In this document: positions 54,491-64,000 of the stretch, piece after piece
How positions within the stretch are numbered: the first letter of the stretch is position 1
Layout: each line of letters begins with the position of its first letter
Origin: Octopus sinensis
Lineage: Eukaryota
Direction: 5' to 3'
Assembly: GCF_006345805.1 (NCBI RefSeq)
Contig: NC_043008.1
Coordinates: forward strand, 2,232,001-2,296,000
Length of the DNA stretch: 64,000 bases
Translations under genes and position numbers: made by a program
Notes under the pieces: model-generated
Told to the model about the DNA's origin: nothing
Database searches by the model: none
Seen by the model: only the letters and a program-made list of their open reading frames with translations

Positions 54491-55872
54491 CTATAATACT
54501 TTCCCCTTCACATTAGAATATTGTTTAATATTACGTTTTGTTCATGTTCTATTTCCTATTTCCCATGATACTATCGATTTTATTTATTTTTCTTATATTT
54601 TCCTAATTCATTTAATTTAATTCTTTTTTATTCTAACAGTAGATTTGTTATTTCCAGGTCCTCGATTATTTGACATATATTTTTCTTTCGGCACTTTGGA
54701 GGGCCTCAGACTGCAGTAATTATAATCGAGCACATCTTTCATCACCTTCCTTAATAACATTGCTATTGAGCTCAGGCTCACTAAACACTGAACACTATAA
54801 AAATTAATCATCATCAACTCCGACCACGCCATGAAATATACCAGCATTTGCTCTTCCTCTGCAAGCTACCATACCATCAATATCCGCATTTCAGCCTGCT
54901 TTACTGCTAGGAATTGCTTTGCTAAAACAAACCCTCACAATCATTCGCTATCAACCTACCAGATATATTTCCAGGGCTAACACTCTTTTTTTTTTATTTA
55001 AACGCCATCACTGAAATGTGCAACAGCATCATAGTCGGATGCTGATGGCAGTAACAAACACTACCGTATTTATATCCACAAACTATACCTGGTTTCATAA
55101 CAAAACCCACATTTAAAGACTGTTAGTTTTACGTACACAAATCCACTACAGCCAACCCGAAATTATCGCTATCTTTACTTCTAGCGTATCAGTAACTCCA
55201 ATTACTACCGCTCATGACTGTTTCCACCACATTTCAAGGAATCCTGTCTCTTTTTTCTTTCTTTGTTTTTGTATTGAATTTATCTTTAATATTTTTTCTA
55301 CTCAATGAAAAAGATTGATAGTTATCGAGTATAATACAATGAAGATAAAGCGGAAACGTGAATAAAAAAATATAAAATTAATGTTAATATGAGAACAAGA
55401 GGTGTTTCTGGTTTGTTAGAGGAAATGACAGAATCACAATCGAATCAACTATATAAATCTCCATAAGAATAGCCAAGCTTTCAACATTAATGGTTCCCTC
55501 ATTTAAATTCTTTCGGTCATAACCTCCGGTGTTCTGTCCGCTAAACATATACAGACACGTATAGAAAACTCCACGCACATACATTCTCACTCACCATCAC
55601 GGCTGGCCATTTATGAACAACTGGAAGAATCCAACTTATATCAGAATAAGTAGGTTGAATGCTCAGACATTGAGGTATTTATTATATTCCTACTGAGTCT
55701 TACATTGCATTTTGTTTAAGTATGCAAATTTATGCTAATGCAGTGATATCTAAATTAAATAGAGTTTTATGGATATGTTGATCAGGCTCTCCGTGTTTTC
55801 ATAAGGGCATATGTTTTACTGGCGTTTATTATTCAGAAGGATACAATGTGATGTACAGATATAAAGCAGCAG

Positions 55873-56105
55873 AAGGCGGCGAACTGGCAGAAACGTTAGC
55901 ACGCCGGACGAAATGCGCAGCCGTATTTCGTCTGCCGTTATGTTCTGAGTTCAAATTCCGCCGAGGTCGACTTTGCCTTTCATGCTTTCGGGGTCGATAA
56001 ATTAAGTACCAGTTATGCACTGGGGTCGATGTAATTGACATGATACGTTCGTCTGTCCTTCTTTGTCCTCTCTGTGTTTAGCCCCTTATGGGTAGTAAGA
56101 AATAC
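55873..56105 (+). mobile_element. SINE family B, full length, with 13-bp TSD
   Basis: A and B boxes (TGGCAGAAACGTT, GAGTTCAAATTCC); flanks atataaagc(a/t)gca at 55859-55871 and 56106-56118. Confidence 0.92.
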
Positions 56106-56781
56106 ATATAAAGCTGCATTTTCTTGAGTGAACTGAACACTTGGATATATTTATTTTGCGAAAGGCTATAGAATGTTACTGCTAAGAAATAAGGTTATTG
56201 CTGCAGACACACAGACAAGTTTGTTATTGTAGCTAAAAACGGTTCCGGGAACATATGGCACTAAGTATTGGAAAATCGATGATCAAACGTAACACACTCA
56301 TCGGCACAAGAAAATAAGATGTTTTAATGAGAGAAGAACTATACGAGAATAAAAGAAAACGCCGATACTGACATATATAATTCAGCAGAAACATATGGGT
56401 GTATAAAGGTGAACATGGTATGTATATATATGTGTGTGTGTGCATGCATATGTATTTGGTTGAACAGGTGTATGTGTACGGGTTTCTATGTATGAATGTA
56501 TGTATGCATGCGTGTTCATGCACTTAGAGTCAGAATTTTTTTAATGCATTCTTATACCATGAGTCTTATACCATGAAAATATATTTCGTAGCTCATGGTA
56601 AAACTGTGACGGAAGATTTCTTTTTCAATATAAGACAGAAGGTGTAAATTCATCAGTAGTTAAAAAAAAAACAATATTTAACTGTTCTTAAGGCAGACAT
56701 ATACAACTTAAATGTCAACTCTCTACGAAAAATAGCAGAAAATTCGGAAATAGCCATCTGCACCATACACAGACGCGGAAT

Positions 56782-56813
<32 letters not shown>

Positions 56814-56859
56814 TATATGTGTGTCTCTGTGTGTGTGTATGTGTGTATGTATGCATATA

Positions 56860-56898
<39 letters not shown>

Positions 56899-57355
56899 GA
56901 CGGGCTTCTTTCCGTTTCCGTCGACCAAATGCACTCACAACGCATCGGGTCGGCCCGAGGCTAGAGTAGAAGACACTTGCACGAGGTTCCACCCAGTGGG
57001 ACTAAATCGGGAACTGCTGTTTTCACGTCCCCTTAACCTAGTGATTCGGCAAAAGAGACCGATAGAATAAGTATTAATATTAGAAAAATTAAGTCCTTGG
57101 ATCGATTTTTTCGATTAAAGGCGGTGCTTCGGCATGGCGGCTGTCATATGACTAAAAATATATCGGTCTCTTTTGCCGAATCACTATATTACGGGGACGT
57201 AAACGCACCAACATCGGTCGTTAAGTGATGGTGGGGGAAAAGTAAGCACACAAACACATACACACATACACATACATAACTCCGAAGGCTTTGATCAGTC
57301 GAAGGCTATAGTTAAAGACTTTTACCTAAGGTGCCACGCAGTGGGGCTGAACACG
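56899..57355. mobile_element. Cluster of four SINE A fragments in alternating orientation
   Basis: Minus 5' half 56899-57015; plus 3' half 57022-57155; minus 57161-57240; minus 57285-57355. Confidence 0.8.
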
Positions 57356-58596
57356 GAGCGTGCACGTATGATTAAGACTATTACGTTTCAGGCATATTCC
57401 ACAATTTCCGAAAATTGACTCTGAAAGGAATCATTGTAGAAATGCAATTAAAATGCTAGCACTAAATACTGAATGCATTTTTCCCAAAAGTTTGACGCAA
57501 CCTCATCCTGTTCAATAGGCGGGGGGGGGGAGCGTTCTATCTCTTCCGTGGTCATTTATTATACTAAACATAGCTGAGATCAATTGCGGCACGGAATAAT
57601 CTCTTTCTCATAATTGTAATTCAATCATCTAAGCAATGAGAAGATAAATGGAGGTGTGTCAAATCTAACTCCTATAGTGTTGTTTTTTATTTTATTTAAA
57701 TTAATACCCTGATATAATCGAAATAAAGACAAACATGATGTTATTTGTCGAATGTTTCATTAAAAGATACCTATATTTTCTGCAATCTGTGAGGAAAAGT
57801 ATTAGAGGAGTGTGAAATAGAAACACATAGGCTAAAAAGGTTTTCTCTACAAATACTTAGATTATGACAAATTATTCTACCTGAAACATTCACGAATAAA
57901 TATCCGTTTTATTGAGCGTTATGAAGAATCTCACATATTTCTGTAGCTCTACATTTGGCGTAATAATTGAGAAAGAAAAATGCATCTAAGCAAACAAATG
58001 TGTGAACATCTGTAGAAGAGAAGCACGGAAGTCTTGTATTTCAGTTGAATTTTCTATAAGCTTTAATTTTAAAGTCCTTGAAAATAAACCGTAACTGTAA
58101 ATGGAATTTCGAATGAAATTCAAAGTAAATTTCAGCATTATTTGATTTAATAATGTTCTATGGAGGAGATTAAAATATAAATGTATGGATTGATATAGCG
58201 AAATATTATGCTATAATCTCATTGAAAGTTGCCAAATTATTGGCGTCTCTCATAAAAAAAAAATCTTCTAAATATATAGTAACGTTCGTATATGCATAAT
58301 AAGAGAAAGGTCTTTTGAAATATTAAAAAAAAGGGGCACAGAATGACAAGGGCCCTGCATAATTCCATGAAATTATTCTTTTAAAACCACAGAGATCTCT
58401 ATTAAATCAATTATTTCTAGAATATATTTTCGATTTAATCGTAAAATGTAATCATATTTTTAAGTATCTAATCTACGGATAAAAGATTTATATGTATATA
58501 TGAATATATATATATATACATATAAGCGTATGTATGTATACGTGCATATATATATATTTGATATATTTGATATATTTGATATATTTGATATATTTG

Positions 58597-58657
<61 letters not shown>

Positions 58658-58744
58658 TTTATATACACACATCCACACATACTGATAGATAGATAAATGG
58701 ATATATAGATAGATGCGAACTGAAAAACGCTAACTGTAAACGAT

Positions 58745-58787
<43 letters not shown>

Positions 58788-59813
58788 ATTCATTGTTGTA
58801 CCTGTGCATGCATAAACTCTCATATATAGATGCATACACAAACAGATTGATGCACATAAATTCATAGATTTACATATTCAGACACATTCACACACATTTG
58901 AATGCATATATTAATTGCCTTTTTGCAAAGTTTTACAAAAGCATAAGCAACCTTCAATACTAAATTCAGAAAATATATCCAAGAAAGTTCTTTGACCATC
59001 TGGCTCAGTTGTTTTCGGAATATAACGAAGATATATCTTCGTGTATATATTTATATATATTTATCTTCGTGTATATATTCATATATATTTATACACATCT
59101 ATATGTATAGATGTGTATAGCTAAAACGAACAAAAGTAGTTCTATAGAGACAGAAGCAAATAAAGGAAATGGTAGCATGAAACATTTGAGAAAAGTAAGC
59201 GTAGAAAATACACTGTCCGTAGAATATCTAAAAGAGGGCGTTTGAAAGCGAGACGTATGAAAGATATTGCACGGCGTGTTATTTGCCCTGTTGAAATAAG
59301 ATGGGTGAAGTGTGGTTATGGTTGAGGCTATGTGATCAGAAGCGTGCCTTGCAGTCACATGTTTCTGGGCTTAGTTCGACCGTGGGGCACTATATCACGT
59401 ATCGCCTACTATAGCGTCAAGCCGAAAAAAGCCTTATAAGGCCTGATTGCGGGCCCTTTAATATTTATAGATATATGTGAAACGAAAGACATGAAAAACG
59501 TATGTATATAGGCATGTGTGTATTTATGTATGTGTATACGTGAGTGTATGTCTTCGTGCCCCACCACCATCACCTGTTCATATGTTTACGTCCCCATCAC
59601 CTAGGAGTTCACCAAACAAGGGCATCTAGCATTTTAAAACCGTTGTCATACTTACAACATTTAATAAAATGATGTAACGTGAAACGATTGTACCAAATTG
59701 CCGAAGTTATTCTTGTTGCTTATTTTGATACATATATATATTTGATATATTTGATATATATATATATATACATATAAGCGTATGTATGTATACGTGCATA
59801 TATATATATATAT

Positions 59814-59945
<132 letters not shown>

Positions 59946-60040
59946 ATAAGTAAGGAACAATTTTTTTAAAAATGCAGAATGCTCAAATGAAAGAAAATTT
60001 TAATAAAATGAGAAAATGATAAAATATATAAATATATATT

Positions 60041-60081
60041 TATTCAACCGGTTTTCGTCATTGTATGACTTGTGAAGAATA
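60041..60081 (-). ncRNA. Hammerhead-like motif (left arm; G5C change, likely inactive)
   Basis: tattc-TTCACAA-GTCA-tacaa-TGAC-GAAA-ACCGGT-T-gaata. Confidence 0.4.
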
Positions 60082-60712
60082 TTATGTTTTAAGAAGTTAT
60101 TTTAAAAATTAGAAAGGGGAAAAAAAGTAAATTGCATTGTTTTTTGTAAAAGAATAATGATAAAAATGTACAAAAATTAAAAAATAAGTTCTCCGATACA
60201 TTGTGAGTTCGTTGTGTATCTTGAGTTTTATGGTTGTTTACCAAAAAATTACCTTGAGGTGTTAAGATCCAAAGGGATTAAGAGCATGTGATGTGTTGTG
60301 TTGTTAAATTCAGCATGTTGCAGGACAGGAAGTAGTAGTAATTGTGGTCCTGGTTCTTCAGTTCCTGTGTTGTGGGTAAGGGGAGACAACTCTTTTGAGT
60401 TCTTCAATAAAACCCAAATTATAAAACTAACATTTTAGCTTCATTTGCATTATCTTTTTTATATAATTGCTTGTTAACTTAACTTTCAGATTTTAACACT
60501 TTATTTATATTATTTTCTAATAATATAAATCTGCATAGACAATTGCATTTCAAATTGTCATATCATTTATAATAAAAATGATAGTAATAACAACAATAGT
60601 AAAAATGATATTTAAAGAATATAAGTTTTAGCTTGAAGTGATGAATGCATGGTATCTTTATATATTTGTGTTAGTCCATCCATGAAGAGTGAGGTAGAGA
60701 AAGGAAGTTTGA

Positions 60713-61633
60713 TCAACGAGGAGTTTGCATATTAAGTTGTGTTTGGAATTTTTCAATAAAGAGATTCTCCTTGTTAATTCTCTCCTGTGTGGTGATCCCG
60801 TCTTTACATTGGTAGAAGGGGAATATATAGAATTTGGGGTTTAAGTCTTTAGCACATGAGTCTAAGTGGTCACTCAGTGGAATTTGTCGGTATTCCGGGA
60901 GATTTATTTGTTCTTTATGCACCGTTACTCGTTTACGTAACGGGAGACTCGTTTGTCCAACATAATTATGTTGGCAACCAGCGCATGTGAGAACGTAGAT
61001 AAGGTTCTCGGAGGAACAGGAGAAGTTAGTCTTGATTTTAAACTTCGTACCTTGTTTGAAGGTAAATTCAGAGCCTTCAAGTAGAAAGGGGCGGGTACCA
61101 CAGTTTGAGCGTGCACATTTTTTTACTGTTGGGGGTGGATGTGGTGTGTGAAGTTTGGCATTTGTCAAGAGTTTTTTTAAAGATTTGTGTTGCCTTTTGC
61201 ATTTGAGGATTTTGTGTGTATTTATAATGTTTTTCATTTTTGGGTCTGTTGACAGTAGACTGAGGTTTTGTATGATTGTGGTGTATGCTTCGATATTTTT
61301 GGGGTTGTGGGTGGAAATGTATGGAAGTATTTTGAGGTTGTGCGTGGTGTTAGGTTGGGCGGTTTTCAGAGTAGTGTTGTCTAGTTCTTTGGCGCGTTTT
61401 ATTCCATACTCTATAAGGGTGGAGGGATATTGACGTTGTAATAGTGTTTTTTTGAGGTCTTGAAGGCGTATTTCTCGTGTTTTTGGATCCGAGACAATGG
61501 TGCATACCCTTTTAGCTAAATTGAAAGGGATATTTGTCTTGGTGTGTTTTGGGTGGCATGAACTAAAGAGGAGGTATTGTTGTGAGTCTGTAGGTTTGTG
61601 GTAGATGTCCAAATTTCTGGCTTGATATTTCAT
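60713..61633 (-). CDS. 306-aa PLE thumb + linker + GIY-YIG endonuclease ORF lacking the RT catalytic core
   Basis: DIYHKPTDSQQYL, Cys-rich linker CARSNCGTR, endonuclease NLIYVLTCAGCQHNYVGQT..RKRVTVH..SDHLDSC..RINKENLFI; uninterrupted to the stop codon. Confidence 0.8.
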   Translation of the reverse strand: MKYQARNLDIYHKPTDSQQYLLFSSCHPKHTKTNIPFNLAKRVCTIVSDPKTREIRLQDLKKTLLQRQYPSTLIEYGIKRAKELDNTTLKTAQPNTTHNLKILPYISTHNPKNIEAYTTIIQNLSLLSTDPKMKNIINTHKILKCKRQHKSLKKLLTNAKLHTPHPPPTVKKCARSNCGTRPFLLEGSEFTFKQGTKFKIKTNFSCSSENLIYVLTCAGCQHNYVGQTSLPLRKRVTVHKEQINLPEYRQIPLSDHLDSCAKDLNPKFYIFPFYQCKDGITTQERINKENLFIEKFQTQLNMQTPR

Positions 61634-61792
61634 AGAGTGACAGTTCGAAGTAACCCATTATGAGGTTCGCAAGGACTGGTGCAGCCTTGGTACCCATCGC
61701 AATGCCACATTTTTGACGGTAGTGTGTGTCGTCGAAGAGAAAAAAAATTGTTTGTCAGAATGAACTTAAGAGATTCTGTAATAAAAGACATT

Positions 61793-62968
61793 TTGCGAAC
61801 CTCATAATGGGTTACTTCGAACTGTCACTCTATGAAATATCAAGCCAGAAATTTGGACATGTTTTCCACACCTACCTAATGGAAAACTGGAAAAGGTATT
61901 TAGATGATTGTTTCATCATATGGAAAGAACCTTATGAAAAACTCCTGGAATTCAAAACCATACTAAACAACATACATCCCAACATCCAATTCACTATGGA
62001 ATTAAGCAAACATCATCTCCCATTCCTTGATCTCCTAATTATAAAAACACCTAAGAACCAAATCATAACAGACATCTACCACAAACCTACAGACTCACAA
62101 CAATACCTCCTCTTTAGTTCATGCCACCCAAAACACACCAAGACAAATATCCCTTTCGATTTAGCTAAAAGGGTATGCACCATTGTCTCGGATCCAAAAA
62201 CACGAGAAATACGCCTTCAAGACCTCATAAAAACACTATTACAACGTCAATATCCCTCCACCCTTATAGAGTATGGAATAAAACGCGCCAAAGAACTAGA
62301 CAACACTACTCTGAAAACCACCCAACCTAACACCACACACAACCTCAAAATACTTCCATACATTTCCACCCACAACCCCAAAAATATCGAAGCATACACC
62401 ACAATCATACAAAACCTCAGTCTACTGTCAACAGACCCAAAAATGAAAAACATTATAAATACACACAAAATCCTCAAATGCAAAAGGCAACACAAATCTT
62501 TAAAAAAACTCTTGACAAATGCCAAACTTCACACACCACATCCACCCCCAACAGTAAAAAAAATGTGCACGCTCAAACTGTGGTACCTGCCCCTTTCTAC
62601 TTGAAGGCTCTGAATTTACCTTCAAACAAGGTACGAAGTTTAAAATCAAGACTAACTTCTCCTGTTCCTCCGAGAACCTTATCTACGTTCTCACATGCGC
62701 TGGTTGCCAACATAATTATGTTGGACAAACGAGTCTCCCGTTACGTAAACGTGTAACGGTGCATAAAGAACAAATAAATCTCCCGGAATACCGACAAATT
62801 CCACTGAGTGACCACTTAGACTCATGTGCTAAAGACTTAAACCCCAAATTCTATATATTCCCCTTCTACCAATGTAAAGACGGGATCACCACACAGGAGA
62901 GAATTAACAAGGAGAATCTTTTTATTGAATCATTCCAAACACAACTTAATATGCAAACTCCTCGTTGA
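61793..62968 (+). pseudogene. PLE RT (YLDD) + thumb + GIY-YIG, 5'-truncated, with one +1 frameshift
   Basis: WKRYLDDCFIIW (YLDD at 61897-61908) in ORF 61726..62604. An A8 run at 62556-62563 (A7 in the left arm) shifts the frame before the endonuclease, which continues to the stop at 62968. Confidence 0.9.
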
Positions 62969-63600
62969 TCAAACTTCCTTTCTCTACCTCACTCTTCATG
63001 GATGGACTAACACAAATATATAAAGATACCATGCATTCATCACTTCAAGCTAAAACTTATATTCTTTAAATATCATTTTTACTATTGTTGTTATTACTAT
63101 CATTTTTATTATAAATGATATGACAATTTGAAATGCAATTGTCTATGCAGATTTATATTATTAGAAAATAATATAAATAAAGTTTTAAAATCTGAAAGTT
63201 AAGTTAACAAGCAATTATATAAAAAAGATAATGCAAATGAAGCTAAAATGTTAGTTTTATAATTTGGGTTTTATTGAAGAACTCAAAAGAGTTGTCTCCC
63301 CTTACCCACAACACAGAAACTGAAGAACCAGGACCACAATTACTACTACTTCCTGTCCTGCAACATGCTGAATTTAACAACACAACACATCACATGCTCT
63401 TAATCCCTTTGGATCTTAACACCTCAAGGTAATTTTTTGGTAAACAACCATAAAACTCAAGATACACAACGAACTCACAATGTATCGGAGAACTTATTTT
63501 TTAATTTTTGTACATTTTTATCATTATTCTTTTACAAAAAACAATGCAATTTTCTTTTTTTCCCCTTTCTAATTTTTAAAATAACTTCTTAAAACATAAA

Positions 63601-63641
63601 TATTCTTGACAAGTCATACAATGACGAAAACCGGTTGAATA
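63601..63641 (+). ncRNA. Hammerhead-like motif with U3-A8 core variant (right arm)
   Basis: TATTC-TTGACAA-GTCA-tacaa-TGAC-GAAA-ACCGGT-T-GAATA: 5-bp stem I, 4-bp stem II, palindromic ACCGGT stem III, one extra A. Confidence 0.5.
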
Positions 63642-63780
63642 AATATATATTTATATATTTTATCATTTTCTCATTTTATTAAAATTTTCTTTCATTTGAG
63701 CATTCTGCATTTTGAAAAAAAAATTTTCCTTACTTATCATTTCTCCACGTGCGGTCAACACAACCCCACCATTTATTGAT

Positions 63781-63814
63781 CTATATATATATATATATAA
63801 AGAGAGAGAGAGAG

Positions 63815-63893
<79 letters not shown>

Positions 63894-63922
63894 CATAGAT
63901 AGATAGACAGATAGATAGACAG
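63781..63922. repeat. (TA)/(GA)/(GATA)n compound microsatellite
   Basis: Direct tandem. Confidence 0.95.
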
Positions 63923-64000
63923 CTGACAACTGATAAATGGTCTTTTTTCTGTGTTAAGTTGTCTTGATCTCCATTTTTTTCTAGTTGTTTAAGTATTTCA

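Larger units (their letters stand above)
61793..63738 (+). mobile_element. Penelope-like element, right arm of palindrome
   Basis: Inverted near-identical copy of 59945-61672 plus the 215 bp that the left arm lacks. Confidence 0.95.

Noticed and set aside
58557-58600. (TTTGATATA)x5 as a CRISPR-like or telomeric array
   Set aside because: A spacerless 9-bp minisatellite in eukaryotic DNA; no cas genes, rRNA or prokaryotic features anywhere in the window.
59025-59090. 18-bp perfect palindrome ACGAAGATATATCTTCGT and adjacent 27-bp tandem duplication
   Set aside because: Explained by local slippage in AT-rich DNA; no functional context.
61726-61792. N-terminus MSSKRKKIVCQNELKRFCNKRHF of ORF 61726..62604 as a novel domain or NLS
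   Set aside because: It is the antisense reading of the left arm's RT sequence across the inversion junction.

Overview
AT-rich, microsatellite-dense eukaryotic genomic DNA with no confidently identifiable host gene. The SINE families resemble octopus repeats (from recall, not a database search), so a coleoid cephalopod origin is likely. Almost all long ORFs in the track are translations of (TA)n, (TATC)n or (AAT)n repeats. The real content is mobile DNA. (1) A young ~3.8-kb Penelope-like retroelement (PLE) palindrome at 59945-63738: one arm keeps the RT YLDD motif but is frameshifted before the GIY-YIG endonuclease, while the other has lost YLDD and gained a 306-aa endonuclease-only ORF; a hammerhead-ribozyme-like motif lies near each outer end. 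(2) An older PLE fragment with the same inverted 5' junction at 28.3-29.0 kb. (3) An internally deleted R4/Dong-type RLE LINE at 31.0-32.8 kb. (4) CR1/L2-type LINE 3' ends inside an A-B-B-A duplication at 17.6-21.6 kb. (5) A decayed Tc1 transposase at 9.6-9.9 kb, Tigger-, hAT- and Kolobok-like non-autonomous elements, and a Helitron-like end. (6) Three tRNA-derived SINE families (here A, B, C): family A shares its 3' tail with the CR1-type LINE, and family C is a tRNA head + (AAT)n + hammerhead-like tail. A weak cluster of minus-strand splice sites at 1.1-3.8 kb may mark an unidentified gene. All alignments were done by eye, and single-base indels in homopolymers may be assembly errors.
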